64,000 nt of DNA, taken from the NCBI GenBank assembly GCA_052426225.1, contig JBNJNM010000013.1, positions 1,302,001 to 1,366,000 on the forward strand. Reading direction: 5' to 3'. The notes beneath the pieces are model-generated. The model did not search any database, was not told where the DNA came from, and worked only from the letters and a program-made list of their open reading frames with translations. A program made the translations under genes and the position numbers. The DNA is from Zancudomyces culisetae HAW-14-8. Its lineage: Eukaryota; Fungi; Kickxellomycota. This document shows, piece after piece, positions 24,827 through 38,212 of this stretch (the first letter of the stretch is position 1; each line of letters begins with the position of its first letter).

Positions 24827-27800
24827 TGTTATATTTTTTGGGTATAAAATATATTTTTATTATAAAACTTATATCCTAACTTTCAACACTATGCTATTCT
24901 TGTATATTAAATATTACTATGTATTGAAAACAGTGTATATTATATATAGTTTTGTACTTATATTTTGTATATCTTTTCGTTTATTCTCTTACTAATTCTT
25001 TATTTTTTGACTAAAATCACTTAAAAAACTAAAAAAACTAAAACTAACTAATTTTTTATCTACTTTATCAAATTTTATAATTTTTATGCTATTTTTTAGC
25101 GATTAGAAAAATTTGCCAGCAACAAAAAACTAATCAAAAAAAATGTCGTATCTGCTATACGACAGATTCCCCCCCTTAAGCGCGGATGCCCTCATCGCGC
25201 CTTGGCTGCTTGAACCGTTTGAGTTTTGTCTTCAGAGTGGTTGTTACATCAGGGATCATGTGGTTACTCGATATATACTTCTTCAACATATCTCCATGAA
25301 CGAGCTCCCGGTTGCCTTCATTATCGTTTATGATATATGTCCCTTTACTCAGTACTCTTTCCACTCTATACGGGCCTTCCCAATAATGCTCCAGTTTGGA
25401 TCGTTCCATATCCACTAGTTTCAAAACAAATTCACCCGGTTCGAACCTAAATAGTTTTACCTTCACATTATATCTTTCCGCTTGCACCTGTTTAGACTTT
25501 ACTGATCTTCGTAGTCCTATTTCTCTCAACTGCGGCAACTCGTCTTTAATCTGCTTCACTCTACTAATTATCAATTCCTCGATATTATCTATGTCTCCAT
25601 TATAATTCCATGTAGACGGTAACTCCAAATCGATACCGTATAGCATCTGAGCTGGTGATAATCCAGTTGATTTATTCCGTAATGTTCTGATTACTAGCAA
25701 GGTTTTCCACAAATATGAATCCCAACTTTGCTTATCATTCCGACACTGCTTTATAAGCACGTTAACTAATGTCTGATTCAGTCGCTCTACCTGCCCATTA
25801 CTTTGGGGTCGGTAGGCGGTCGTCGGTGTATGATTTATACCAAGCCACTCATATACCTGTGTTGCTGCTTCAGATAAAAAACTCGGTCCTCTATCGCTTA
25901 TCAGCTGTTGTGGAACACCATAGTATGCTACCACTTCGTTTACTAAAAAGTTTACAATCGTATTACTCTGGATGTTTGGAACGGCAGCTGCAATAGGCCA
26001 TTTAGTAAACAGATCGATTGCCGTCAGAATGAACCTGTTACCATTAGCCGAGACCGGTGAGATGGGACCGACTGCGTCAATTCCGACAATTTGGAATGGC
26101 TTCGAAGATAATATCGGAACCAACGGGTGTCGTCGCGATCTTGCCCCTTTATAATGCTGGCATGTCCTGCAACTTTCCACTATCTGTTTAACTTCCTTAT
26201 ACAAGTTCCTGCCTGTGTATTTTTGAGTGACTCTATTCCAAGTGTTTTCGATCCCTTCATGACCCTCCTCATGAATTGATCTTATCAGAGCTCTGCTGTT
26301 TTCTGAGTGTAATACTACTTTAGTTGTGTTATTTACTACTTTCAATAACTTACCATCCGTGACTATATAATGTTTTGCCCCCCTCTTAAGCCTCCTCTTG
26401 TACTCCTCATCAGCTTGATTGGGCAGTGTCCCATCAACAATATAGGATGTAATATCCTCATACTCTAGTCTGTCCATAGCATACACCTTCAGTTCGTTAA
26501 TAGTTTTTTCCGACTCTTCCTGGTGCAGTAGCCGGGAAAGTGCATCTGCCGGATTAACGGCTCCTGGTAGATGTTCTATTTCGTAGTCAAAGTTACGGAG
26601 ATACATTGCCCAGCGGGCAACTCTTCCTGTGATTTCCGAACCATGGAATAACTGCAGCAAGGACTTATGATCCGTTCTAATTCTAAATTTTTTTCCATAA
26701 ACGTAGAACTTAAACTTTTTCACGGCCCAGATGACCGCGAGCCCCTCAAGATGGCTAATGGCGTAGTTTTTTTCAGATTTTGTAGTCGTTCTGCTTGCGT
26801 ATTCTATCACCTTTTCGCCTTCGTCTGTGAATTGAGTCAGTACCGCTCCTATTCCTACGATTGAAGCATCCGTCGTAATAACAAATTCTCTAGTCCAATC
26901 GGCATGTCCAAGTACAGGCGCCGATGCCATTAGCTCCTTTAGCTGTCTCAATGCTGCTTCCTGCTCTGTATCCCAGCTCCATACACTTTGCTTTCTGAGT
27001 AACTTAGTAAGTGGCTGTGTAACCTTTGCATAGTTTGGTATGAATCGGCGGTAATAGCCTGTTAATCCCAGTGCCGATTGTAATTCCTTTACGTTGCGTG
27101 GTGACCTAATATTCATAATAGCTTCTACCTTCTTAGCACTTGTCCCTATTCCATTTTTTGAGATTGTGTGTCCAAGGTATTCCAACTCTGTGAAACCTAT
27201 TACGCACTTATCCGAATGCAATTGTATGTTATGCTCCTTAAGTAACGACAAAACTCGTTTTAGATCTTCTCTATGCTCCTCTACACTCCTTGAATAAACT
27301 ATAACATCATCTACAAAGACGACTGCGCACTTCCACAACACTGCATTTAACGCCTTTTCCATCGCTCGCTGAAATGTCGCCGGACTGTTGGTGAGTCCGA
27401 ACGGCATAACGTTATATTCGTACGCACCGCTACCGGGTATGGCGAAAGCTGTTTTCGATTTATCTGCCGGGTGCATTCTTATTTGCCAGAATCCGCTCAT
27501 GGCGTCAAGCGAGCTAAAGATGGCTGCACCTGATAGAGCCATAAACAGATCCGCAATAACGGGAAGTGGATAACTATCCTTTTTCGTTACCTCATTTAAC
27601 CGGCGATAGTCTGCGCAAATACGGATTTTTCCGTTCTTTTTGTGAACGACAACTACGGGAGCGCACCACTCAGAAGTAGTGGGCGATATGATCCCTTGTT
27701 TCTCCATTTCTACTAACTGGTTTGCAACTTCTTCTTGTAGTCTGAATGGAATTCTATAGGGTCTTAGCCTAATTGGCATATTATCATTTAGCACTATTCG

Positions 27801-30083
27801 ATGTTCTGTAACTCCTGTCTGAGTTAACTCCGAAAGGTCATTAACGAACAGGTCCTTGTATTCGCTAATTACGTCCTTAAACTCAGTTCCCTGCGATGTT
27901 CCTACGCCTACTGGTGTGTCTTTAATAACGGTGTATAACTCTGTATCTTCCTCCTCTGGCCCTTCTTCGCAAGACGTTTCTAGTCTGGTTACTATCTCAA
28001 CGTTTTCTACTGGTATTCGAAGCTCTGGTACTTTCAGATTCAAGGATACTCGGTGTTGAAGTAACCAATCTGTGCCTAGTATGAGAGTGTCATCATTCCT
28101 TGACATCACTACTAAGTTTACCGGGAGGGTGAAACTTGAGATCATTACGGGAACCTGATTGACTTTTCCTAATGTACTGTGACGCTTCCCGTCTGCAGTA
28201 ACCAATGTCAATCCTTTTTTGCTATCCAGTTCGATTCCCCAGCCTTCTACTAAATTGTATGTGACTACGGAGCAAGCTGCTCCCGTGTCCACCACCGCCC
28301 ATAGCTTCTGTCCGAAAACATTAACTAATATTCGACAGTTTGATGTTTTCTTCTCCTGCAACTGAATTTCATTTAACTCAGCAGCCTTTTCTTTTCTTAA
28401 GAAATTTGTCAATTCTTCTGACAATGCCGGAGCGCTTTCTAGCAGTTGTAACACGTCTATCTTTGGATGTACCTTCCGCAGCTCCTCTACAATGGAAAAC
28501 GTCTTGTTACTGTTTTTCAGTGTTTGTTGGCTTCTAGACGACTGCTTGCTATGTGCTGTACTACCATCATTAATAGTGGTTCCTTCTCTGAACTCAGTAA
28601 CTGAACTGCCTATGATACTTGGTTCGGCTCCTTGAAATGAGTCTCTGCTCACACGTGTGGTCTTGTATCTTGAAGCTCTTTGCTCACTACTGCCACCAGC
28701 TACCTCGTTGTGTTTTCTCTTATCTACCGCAAACACGTCTGCATTGTTTTCATCTGTGTCCGTATTCCTATCTAACTCTATGTAGTTTATACTTTTCTGT
28801 ATATCTACCTTTCCACTATCTCTTGGTTCACTTTCCTTCATCTTCGGGCATTCGTACCTGCGGTGCCCTTGTTCATTGCAGTAGTAACATCTAACCACGT
28901 AAGGTTGTGGTCTATGGCTACTCACTGTAGCCTCTTTTAATCTCTTATTCACTAATTGTTCTACCTTGGTTATTAAACTGACACTCATTTCTTCAAACTT
29001 TTTCAACATGTCTCCCATAGGTATTTGCTGCTTTGCCAGGTCCTTTACACTCTTTCCCCTTGACGCTGCGTTAGCGTTATATTCTTTACTTGGCCCGCTA
29101 CTTTTCTCTCTGAGTTCCTGCTTGCGAGGTATACTCTCTGTAGATCCTTCCTCATTCAACAATAGCTCCATAACTCTTTCCCACTTTTTGATATCTAATG
29201 ACTCCACCTTTTCTTTTGTCTCCCGTTTGAGTGTGCTAAGGAGGATGTCAAACCTTATCTCTTCATCCTTAATCTTTGCTTGATCTAACAACTGAACGAG
29301 TTCTACCTCGAACTCATCAACGTTTCCGAATTCTGTCTGTTTGATAGATCTTAGTCTTTCCCACACTTTTCCTTTTGAGCTTTTAGTACTAAACTTTTCC
29401 TTAAACTTTTTAGCTAGCTCATCCCAAGTATTAAAAGTTGTCCTATTCTTTTTATACCAAATTTTTTCCCTGCTCCCCAAGAATAGTTTTACTAAGTCAA
29501 TCAGATCAAAATCATTCCATCCATTCAGTTTTGCTATAAGTTTAAAATCCTCTATCCACTCCTCAGGGTCTATACCCTTGTTCACCTCAAACGTTTTAGG
29601 TGTTGTAATTGTCATGCTATCTTTGATTCGTATTAATTATGTAGAAATTATGTTTGCTATTCATCTAATAAGTTTATCTACGTCCGTCTTGCTCTTATCG
29701 TGAACTGGACTAGTCTGTTTCAACTAGTCCCACCGTGATCGCCACTGTTATATTTTTTGGGTATAAAATATATTTTTATTATAAAACTTATATCCTAACT
29801 TTCAACACTATGCTATTCTTGTATATTAAATATTACTATGTATTGAAAACAGTGTATATTATATATAGTTTTGTACTTATATTTTGTATATCTTTTCGTT
29901 TATTCTCTTACTAATTCTTTATTTTTTGACTAAAATCACTTAAAAAACTAAAAAAACTAAAACTAACTAATTTTTTATCTACTTTATCAAATTTTATAAT
30001 TTTTATGCTATTTTTTAGCGATTAGAAAAATTTGCCAGCAACAAAAAACTAATCAAAAAAAATGTCGTATCTGCTATACGACA
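24827..30083 (-). mobile_element. Ty3/Gypsy element, family B copy 1, full length (5257 bp)
   Basis: 338-bp LTRs at 24827-25164 and 29746-30083, PBS TGGCGATCACGGTGGGA, PPT AAGGGGGGGAA. No matching TSD. Confidence 0.96.
25176..29615 (-). CDS. Gag-Pol polyprotein of element B1
   Basis: 1479 aa. CYYCNEQGHRRYEC, VVDTGA, FVDD, TTDAS, GQVER, WEGPY. Confidence 0.96.
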   Translation of the reverse strand: MTITTPKTFEVNKGIDPEEWIEDFKLIAKLNGWNDFDLIDLVKLFLGSREKIWYKKNRTTFNTWDELAKKFKEKFSTKSSKGKVWERLRSIKQTEFGNVDEFEVELVQLLDQAKIKDEEIRFDILLSTLKRETKEKVESLDIKKWERVMELLLNEEGSTESIPRKQELREKSSGPSKEYNANAASRGKSVKDLAKQQIPMGDMLKKFEEMSVSLITKVEQLVNKRLKEATVSSHRPQPYVVRCYYCNEQGHRRYECPKMKESEPRDSGKVDIQKSINYIELDRNTDTDENNADVFAVDKRKHNEVAGGSSEQRASRYKTTRVSRDSFQGAEPSIIGSSVTEFREGTTINDGSTAHSKQSSRSQQTLKNSNKTFSIVEELRKVHPKIDVLQLLESAPALSEELTNFLRKEKAAELNEIQLQEKKTSNCRILVNVFGQKLWAVVDTGAACSVVTYNLVEGWGIELDSKKGLTLVTADGKRHSTLGKVNQVPVMISSFTLPVNLVVMSRNDDTLILGTDWLLQHRVSLNLKVPELRIPVENVEIVTRLETSCEEGPEEEDTELYTVIKDTPVGVGTSQGTEFKDVISEYKDLFVNDLSELTQTGVTEHRIVLNDNMPIRLRPYRIPFRLQEEVANQLVEMEKQGIISPTTSEWCAPVVVVHKKNGKIRICADYRRLNEVTKKDSYPLPVIADLFMALSGAAIFSSLDAMSGFWQIRMHPADKSKTAFAIPGSGAYEYNVMPFGLTNSPATFQRAMEKALNAVLWKCAVVFVDDVIVYSRSVEEHREDLKRVLSLLKEHNIQLHSDKCVIGFTELEYLGHTISKNGIGTSAKKVEAIMNIRSPRNVKELQSALGLTGYYRRFIPNYAKVTQPLTKLLRKQSVWSWDTEQEAALRQLKELMASAPVLGHADWTREFVITTDASIVGIGAVLTQFTDEGEKVIEYASRTTTKSEKNYAISHLEGLAVIWAVKKFKFYVYGKKFRIRTDHKSLLQLFHGSEITGRVARWAMYLRNFDYEIEHLPGAVNPADALSRLLHQEESEKTINELKVYAMDRLEYEDITSYIVDGTLPNQADEEYKRRLKRGAKHYIVTDGKLLKVVNNTTKVVLHSENSRALIRSIHEEGHEGIENTWNRVTQKYTGRNLYKEVKQIVESCRTCQHYKGARSRRHPLVPILSSKPFQIVGIDAVGPISPVSANGNRFILTAIDLFTKWPIAAAVPNIQSNTIVNFLVNEVVAYYGVPQQLISDRGPSFLSEAATQVYEWLGINHTPTTAYRPQSNGQVERLNQTLVNVLIKQCRNDKQSWDSYLWKTLLVIRTLRNKSTGLSPAQMLYGIDLELPSTWNYNGDIDNIEELIISRVKQIKDELPQLREIGLRRSVKSKQVQAERYNVKVKLFRFEPGEFVLKLVDMERSKLEHYWEGPYRVERVLSKGTYIINDNEGNRELVHGDMLKKYISSNHMIPDVTTTLKTKLKRFKQPRRDEGIRA

Positions 30084-30085
30084 TA

Positions 30086-33000
30086 TGACGGAATTTAATT
30101 TTTCCTTGTCGGTTTTACCCGACTTTACCGCCTTAACAAGTATTTTGAAAGTTTATACTATAATCTAATAACTACCTGAAGACGGTAGGACCCAGATTCA
30201 ATGGCTTAATGTGTTTATTTTTGATTATAAACTAAAGAAAAAAGATACTGAATTCAGTAGGTCAGATACTTAGCCTTATATCTGATCTCTCATATTTTAA
30301 ATAAACTAACTATATTATAACTATATAAGAAACATTGATAAAATTAATATAAAATTAATATAAAAATTAATAGAGATTTACACGGGAAAAACCTCATAGG
30401 TGAAAAACACCGTGTAAGTCTTTGCACATCACATGAAAGCACCCGTGTGATGTACATCCTGTCGCTCATTGATGCGACAGTTCTCCCCCCCCCCCTTTAA
30501 GCGCGGATTGAGGGATCCCGCACTTGTTTATATCTTCTGAGCTTTGTTTGTAGCTTTGGTCCTACGATCGGTATCATAAATTCAGACTCCTTATATAACT
30601 TTAAACTATCTCCATTGCATAACTCTCGATTAGCTCTATCATCACTCAGTACATATACTCCTTTATTTAACACTCTTGTTACTTGATATGGTCCTATCCA
30701 AGCTTGTTCAAGTTTTGCTTTTTCTCCTTCTACTAGTTTTAGTACTAGGTCACCCGCTTTAAAATTAGTTATTTTAACTCTCTTATTATATGTTTTCTGA
30801 TCTGACTTCTTAGCTAGTAAATTATTTTGATGTGCTAAGCTTCTTAGGGCAGGTAAGTAGTCGTTGATTGTACTTATTCGGTTCGATACTAGTTCCTCTT
30901 CATCATCAATTTCACCATTAAATTCCCAAGCTTTCGAAAGTGTTGGTTGAACTCCATATAGTAACTGGGCTGGGCTATATTTAGTTGACTTAGAAACAAG
31001 AGTTCGTATTATTAACAGTGATTTCCACAGAAAACAATCCCAGTTTTTCATGTTGTTCCTGCACTGTTTTCGTAAAGTGTTTTTAAGTGTCTGATTAAAC
31101 CTCTCTACCTGACCATTGCTTTGTGGTCGGTAGGAGGTAGTTGGAGTATGATCTACTCCCAACCATCTGAATACTTCCGTTGTCATTTCACTTTTAAATC
31201 CGGAGCCGCGGTCTGTTATTATTTGTTGTGGGATACCGTAATATTGTATAATGTGATTCATTACAAAGTTAATAATTGTCTCGCTAGTGATATTGGACAC
31301 AGCAACGGCCACGGGCCATTTAGTGCAATAATCTATTGCAGTGAGGATATAGCGGTTACCACTTTCGGTAACGGGTGAAATCGGTCCGATCGCATCCATC
31401 CCAAAAATTTCAAATGGTTTGGAGCTTATTATAGGTACCAGCTGATGTTTTCTTGTTTTACCTCCATCGTAGAATTGACAGATATTACACTCTTTAACTA
31501 TTTTCTCGACAGCTTTGAATAGCTTCTTACCACAATATTTTTCAGTAACTCTACGAAGAGTACTACGAATACCCTCATGACATTCATCGTGAATTTCTTT
31601 TATGACTTTATCTGTGTTAAACTCATTTAATATTTCCTTATACTGTTGATTTACCTTTTTAAATAATTTCCCATTCTTAACGATGCATTGTCTCGAACTA
31701 TTTCTTATCTTACTTCTAATTTCATTATCTGCATTCAACGGGTACTCAGCAGTTTGTATATAATTTTTTATTATCTCGTACCATGACAAGTCCATCGAAT
31801 ATATTTCAAGAGGCTCATTTTTATCCGTTTCGTTAACTGGGTTCCGAGACAAGATATCCGCTGGGTTCAGCTTACCGGGAACATGTTCAAGATCGTAGTC
31901 AAAGTTCCGCAAAAGCATGGCCCATCTGGCCACCCTTCCGGTTATCTCGGAGCTATCGAATAACTGCAGTAAAGATTTGTGGTCGGTACGGATTACAAAT
32001 CTTGTTCCCCAAATGTAGTATTTGAATTTGGTTACTGCCCATACCACCGCCAACCCTTCAAGGTGTGATATGGAGTAGTTTTGTTCATGTTTGTTCGTTG
32101 CGCGGCTTATAAATTCAATAGGCTTTTCCCCTTCGTCTGATATTTGTGACAAGATAGCACCTAACCCTACTTTACTGGCGTCTGTGGTTATTATAAAAGG
32201 AACATTCCAGTTTGGATGTGTTAATAAGGGTGCTTTCATTAACGATATTTTTAATTTTATAAGCGCCTCCTCGGCATTATTATCCCAGATCCATTTTACA
32301 TCTTTACGTAGTAAATTTGTTAACGGTTTTGCGATAACTGCAAAGTTATTAACAAATTTCCTATAATATCCTAAAAGACCTAGAACGGACTGAAGTTCTT
32401 TGATATTTTTCGGTGGTTGTACGTTTTTAATTGCTTCTACTTTACTCTGACTTGTGCTGATCCCCTTTCCATTTATACGATGTCCTAAATAATCAATTTC
32501 CGTTTTGCCGATATAGCATTTGTCTCGGTGTAATTGAATTTTGTTTGCTCTGAATAACTCAAAAACATCCATTATATCCTTCTTATGTGCTTCTATTGAA
32601 GTTGAATAAACCACCACATCATCCACAAACACAATGGCTGACTTCCACAACACGGGAGCTAACACTTTCTCCATTGTCCTTTGAAACGTTGCCGGGCTAT
32701 TGGTCAAGCCAAACGGCATAACGTTGTATTCATAACTACCTTTTCCTGGTATTGAGAAGGCGGTCTTCTCCTTGTCTTCCTCCCTTAGCTTTATCTGCCA
32801 AAAACCACTCATGGCGTCTAGTGTGCTAAATATTTTAGCACCTGACAACGCCATGAAGAGGTCATCCACAGAAGGTAATGGATATGTATCTTTTTTTGTT
32901 ATCATGTTCAAACGTCTGTAATCCGTGCAAATACGCATTTTCCCGTTTTTTTTCCATACCACTACAAGTGGTGAACACCATTCTGATTGTGAAGGTGAAA

Positions 33001-33232
33001 TTATTCCCCTGTCCTTCATTAGCGATAGCTCTTTTTTTACTTCTTCCTGAAGAGTTTTTGGGATGCGATATGGTCTTAACTTTATTGGATTGTCATCCTT
33101 TAGTATAATTTTGTGCTCTGTGATATTTGTTTGTGTAAGTTCGTGTAGCTCACTCACAAATATATTTTTATACTCATGTAGTACTTCATGAAATGATTCA
33201 TTTTCATCTGTTTCCAACAAGTTATAACTTCC
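30086..33232 (-). mobile_element. Ty3/Gypsy element, family C, 5'-truncated (3' LTR 30086-30479 plus RT-RH-IN)
   Basis: A G-rich PPT precedes the LTR. Gag, protease, PBS and 5' LTR are missing. The break coincides with a TGTCA LTR-like end at 33233. Confidence 0.9.
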
Positions 33233-33238
33233 TGTCAT
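30497..33238 (-). pseudogene. Truncated pol (RT-RNase H-integrase) of element C, frame still open
   Basis: 913 aa with FVDD, TTDAS, GQVER and WIGPY. The apparent ATG lies in the adjacent LTR-like unit. Confidence 0.85.
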
Positions 33239-33643
33239 GAACTGATTCTAGAATGTTCGAAAACGTTCTAGAATCATTTGATTTTATTCCGCAGTAATGT
33301 TTAGAATGTTGGGGAACATTCTAGAACATTACCGAAAATTCACATTATTTATTAATTTTTCTTACGTAATAATTTTCACATGTTTAATTTTATTAGCATT
33401 CGAGTTTGATTTTTGTTTGATTACTAATCCAATTTGATTAGTAATCAAACACGTTTTTCTTTACATTTCATTTTTAGCAATTCCGCAGTTTTCTAGAAAT
33501 TTTGTTCAAAAACCAAGTCTGGAAAAAAGTATAAAAAGGGTACAATTAACCTGTCTTGGATTCTGTATCTAGTATCTAGTATAAATTCATACAATATACA
33601 TTATAATAATAATTTAACTTTCTCTTGACTCCAGACCTTGACA
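33233..33643. mobile_element. Solo-LTR-like unit with three hairpins and a TATA box
   Basis: TGTCA...TGACA inverted ends, hairpins near 33244, 33294 and 33414, and TATAAAAAGG near 33530. No TSD. Confidence 0.6.
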
Positions 33644-33866
33644 ACATGTTCATGCTACATCTATATTATCAAACCTAAATATTATTTTATTAGTTATACC
33701 TTATCATGTTTATAGTCTATTTGGAGAACAAAATGATTTTATAGTTTATATTTAAAGGATACAAGGTGAAAAAGAAACCATCATCCATGAATTACCATAC
33801 GGATTAGTAATAAAGATTATCTAAATAAAGATTTTTAAACAGCAAAAATAAAAGTAAAAAAAAAAA

Positions 33867-34229
33867 ATGATCAACTATCTTTTTGGTACAGGTGCGAATG
33901 AATCTAGGAGAGATTCTTCCATCTCATCAAACAGCACCAGGGGCAGTAGCATGGACCAAGAGACAGGGGTGTTAAGCCCCCGAACACTTGGGGAGTTGAC
34001 GGAAAGTGTTCGTCAACTTCGAATCCGTAGAAGCCCAGAGTCAATGTCCGTGAGTACTATCTCACCGACATTGTATAGGGATAATAGCTCAACTGAGCCT
34101 CCCTTGATGCACATCACGCTACGGGGTAGCAGTGCATCGATATCCAGTGATTATACCCGAACCGGTATGTCACGTGAAGAGACTAGTATTCAGAACTCTC
34201 AGGGTTTTGAATACTACGACATGTGTTAG
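33867..34229 (+). CDS. Ser/Thr/Arg-rich 120-aa protein, paralog 1, inside an LTR-like unit ending TACGACA (34221)
   Basis: Paralogous to 37859-38239 with a strong excess of synonymous differences. Preceded by a shared TATTTAA box and TCATCCATG..ATACGGA motif. Confidence 0.7.
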   Translation: MINYLFGTGANESRRDSSISSNSTRGSSMDQETGVLSPRTLGELTESVRQLRIRRSPESMSVSTISPTLYRDNSSTEPPLMHITLRGSSASISSDYTRTGMSREETSIQNSQGFEYYDMC

Positions 34230-34956
34230 ATTCAATTTAATATCAATTCTAACTGCTTCTACTAGAGGGGTGGTATCACTAGACTGGGTTTAACCCTTTT
34301 AACTAGTTACCACTTTCTAGTCATACGTATAAATGGAACCGGAACATTTATATGGGTCAAGATTTGACAATTTATTTAGATTCAAAATAACAATTTCTTA
34401 AATACTAAATTTTACTAGAAAAACTAATAAAATTACTAACTATAAAATTAACCAATAGTATGCAAACATTCTATTTTGCATACAACATTTGTTGAATAAT
34501 TAAATTTTTACTTATAATTATTTATATTTTTCTTATTTATATATGTATAATATGTATCGTATAATTATTGTTATAAATTATAAACTTAGTTGAAACTATT
34601 ATAAACTTAATATAAACATCTGGAGTTGACCATTACTATTTATTTACTTCTATAAAGCTTGTATGATAGAATGATATTTATTTCCTTATGCAATAACTAA
34701 CCCTTTAAAAACTTTTCCTAGTATTATAAACATACTAATAAATAACTATAGTATTAGTAAAACTAAATAAACTAATACTGAAACAATTTAAATGAGTAAT
34801 CAACTAATACTCTTAGAAAAAACATCAATCAATCAGTTTCATTGAATACTAAAAAAACTAAAACTAAAAGTATATTATTATTTAAATTATTTCACTGATG
34901 ATAAACATATAATATTAGTTTATCACCAAGGGTTCATGTCACTATATGACAGATTT

Positions 34957-35113
34957 TGTCGTGAATTTAAATCATTGCAATATATATTTTTTCCCAATGG
35001 GTTTTTAATGAATTGCAAAGATGGTTAAATTAAATTCACGTAACATCCTTGTAAATCTGAGAATCACACCGTCATAAATGAGTCATGGGTATCATCTATA
35101 AATGATTTACAAC
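34957..35113 (+). mobile_element. Solo-LTR fragment, inverted homolog of the 37066-37440 unit
   Basis: TGTCGTGAATTT...TTCCCAATGGGTTTTTAAT...GATGGTTA matches the reverse complement of ~37335-37440. Confidence 0.6.
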
Positions 35114-35144
35114 ATCTTTTCCCATTCAACAAGGGGAAACCCCC

Positions 35145-35466
35145 TGTTTCAATATTAAATGTATCTTCATTAATATTGTGTATATTAATGATGTATAATT
35201 AATAATTTATTATTATTAGTTTTATTACTAGTTTAAGTTTTATATTAATATTTATAACAAACTTAATTGTATAAAAGAGGATACAATTCCTTTTCATGAA
35301 CAATTAAGTTTGTCAATCTCGTTTAACAATAATAAAGATATTATTAACTAATATTTTATATATTTCTGTGTGTTTTAAACTAGTATAATTAATAATAACT
35401 TTTATAAACTAACTGTGTGATAGTTTGTTAATACCATTATTATTGTGTATAATATTGGTATAAACA
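35145..35466 (-). repeat. LTR-like repeat, inverted homolog of the unit starting at 36148
   Basis: Blocks such as TAATAATGGTATTAACAAACTATCACACAGTTAGTTT and AACGAGATTG-CAAACTTA-TTGTTCAT are shared in opposite orientation. Confidence 0.65.
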
Positions 35467-35795
35467 ATTACATAAATTTCAATAATTTATTTTGTTTATC
35501 AGTATTTTTATTCATCTAAAACTTTAGAAAAAAAAAAGATAAGGAAAACTAACAAAAAAATCATAAAATAGATAACAACAAAAAAAAAAGGAATAGGTAT
35601 ATTTAGTAGTTTTAATTTTACTCTCTTGATTAATCATCAAGTTTTTGGATAGTATTAACTGTTAGTAAATAAAGTTACTATTTATGCCTATGAAATAAGA
35701 ACATATACAGTATTTTTTTATAGTTTAATACCAATAATAATTACTGGAAAGATAGGTTAGTATAGTTTATTTTCTATAAAAATATTACAAAAAAT

Positions 35796-36147
35796 TGTCG
35801 TGTAAATAATGAGTTTATATTAACTCAACTAAGTGTAATGAGTACGACGAGGCTGTATACACTAAAAGATAGTATTAAAACTATAAATTATTGGTCCAGG
35901 ACCTTTCTAAGCATTAGTTTTGGTATTATTAAACCTTTATTTAGTATATAACTATAAATAAACGCTATAGAAGAAAAGATATGATTCCCGACCAGGATTC
36001 CATGAATTCCTTGTCGTCGTATTTATAAAGAGTATCAATATAAAGTATAAAATATAAAATATATAAAAGACGTTGCTTAATTGACAATTGCTGTCTGCAA
36101 TTGTCCGATTGTTCTCGGGAACAATCACCAATTCCTTGCCTAATTAC
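35796..36147 (-). mobile_element. Family-D-related solo LTR, diverged and interrupted
   Basis: Shares TGTCGT, AGTACGACGA.GCTGTA, TTGGTCCAGGACCTT and CCTTGTCGTCG with the D LTR at 38481. Confidence 0.75.
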
Positions 36148-37065
36148 TGTTAGATACCAATATTATACCCAATAATAATGGTATTAACAAACTATCACAC
36201 AGTTAGTTTTTGAAAGCTATTAATTATTTGTTTATGAAAACACACAGTAATAATAAAATATAACTAATATAACTTTATTTGTAATTAACGAGATTGTCAA
36301 ACTTAGTTGTTCATCAAAAGAAAATGTATACCCTTTTATACAACTAAGTTTATAATAAAACGTAATATAAAACTAAAACTAATATTATGATAAATATTTA
36401 TAAATAATAAACTTATTTCATTAATATACATAATATTAATGATGACACATTTAATATTGATCATTGTATCAATATTAATGTTTTAAACTAATTATTAAAT
36501 AATAATTAAATAATATAAACTAAAAATTAATTAATATTAATGATACACATTTAATATCATTAATATTAGTTAATACCATATTGTATTAAATATACAATAT
36601 TGTTATATAGTGGCTAGAGCTACCTCTAGTCATTATATAATTTTAACTTACCAGTTATTCATATACTTTTATATTTTATTATAGGTTTATCATTTAATAT
36701 AAGATATTATTTATTATAGGTTATTTATTATATTATGTGTTGCCTAGTTTTTTTTATCCTTCTGGATTTTTTCTACAGCAACACTCTAGTTCAATTTAAT
36801 ATATATTTTATAGGATTTTTATAAAATTAGTATAAAATTATTTCAGAATATTGTAATAGTCATTTTTAAAATGTATATATATGGCTAGATATTCATTTAG
36901 TAATACATTATAAATAAATATAGTTTATTTAAGTTTGGTCTATTTATTTTAGCATAGTTACTATAGTGAAAACAATTTTATACATAGTACTTAGTATAGT
37001 ATTTCTATCAAAATAAATATATAATAATCAATATAGGGAAGTAAACCTGTGTTTCGCTAACAAAA

Positions 37066-37440
37066 TGTCGTATAAATATAATAAAAGTAAAACTGTATTT
37101 GAGAACTGATGTTGTTTTATTTTAGAAATACTAAACCTTATATATAAATTCTATAAAAATTATAATCCTAATAAAATACTTTAATCATATAAATTTTATG
37201 ATAACATGTATAATAATAATAATCTGAAACAAGTAAATGAAACATAAGCTAAAATTGTAAATCCAGTCATTAAAATTTATAAACGTGTTGGGGATGATTT
37301 TCTCAACTGTCGATCCATCTTAAATGCTTTGTCATGCGGATTTACGGGAATGTAACGTGAGTTTAATATAACCATCTTAGCAATTTATTAAAAACCCAGT
37401 GGGAAAAAATTATAAATTGTGGTGATTAAAATTCACAACA
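37066..37440 (-). mobile_element. Solo-LTR-like unit (375 bp)
   Basis: TGTCGT...ACAACA termini and homology to 34957-35113. Confidence 0.6.
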
Positions 37441-37441
37441 A

Positions 37442-38212
37442 TGTCGCATTATTAACAATTTGTACAATAGCACGTGGATGTGCCTGAAAATGGTACACTC
37501 AGTGCGAAAATGCAAATTCATTTTTGTTTACTTTTTTTAAATAAATTCAAATAATTTCGAGCTCAGTATGCAATCAATTTTTCATACTGAGCTAGTTCAA
37601 TAATGATGAATGTAAAATGTAAAATGATCCCAGGCATTTTACATTTATCATTAATAACAAACAAATTATTAATAATATTATAACAATAGTCATATTTTAG
37701 TATATAGTTTATATATAGTGGTTTAAAATTTGAATAATATATTTAAGGAGACGTATGGATGACACATGAAAACCTCATCCATGTCTCGATACGGAATAAA
37801 GAAAATATAATTAAATAAATTTATATTATAAAAACCAAAATTAACTCTTTAAATTACAATGTTTAACAACAACTGGATTGGAACTGGGGATGACTCCAGG
37901 AGGGAGTCATACACTTCTACCAGCATGAGCAGGGGCAGCAGCATGGATCAGGATGCAGGGGTATTAAGTCCCCGCACCCTTGGTGAGTTGACAGAAAGCG
38001 TCCGTCAACTCCAGATCCGTAGGAGCCCGGAAGAAATGTCGGTGAGTACAATTTCACCGACACTGTACAGGGGTATTAGCTCACCCGAGCACCCCTCGAT
38101 GCACATTGCATTACGCAATAGAAGTGCATCAACCATCAGTGATCGTACCAGAACCGGTATAACACGTGATGGTAGCGCTAATGGAAGTAGTGATACTTCA
38201 CATTATGCGACA
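37442..38212 (+). mobile_element. 771-bp solo-LTR-like unit carrying a conserved ORF
   Basis: 8-bp inverted termini TGTCGCAT...ATGCGACA, internal hairpins at 37562-37590 and 37603-37651, and a TATA-like box near 37738. Confidence 0.65.

Noticed and set aside
34890-34930. CTGATGA followed by a hairpin, resembling a hammerhead ribozyme
   Set aside because: No GAAA core after the stem and no closing helices.
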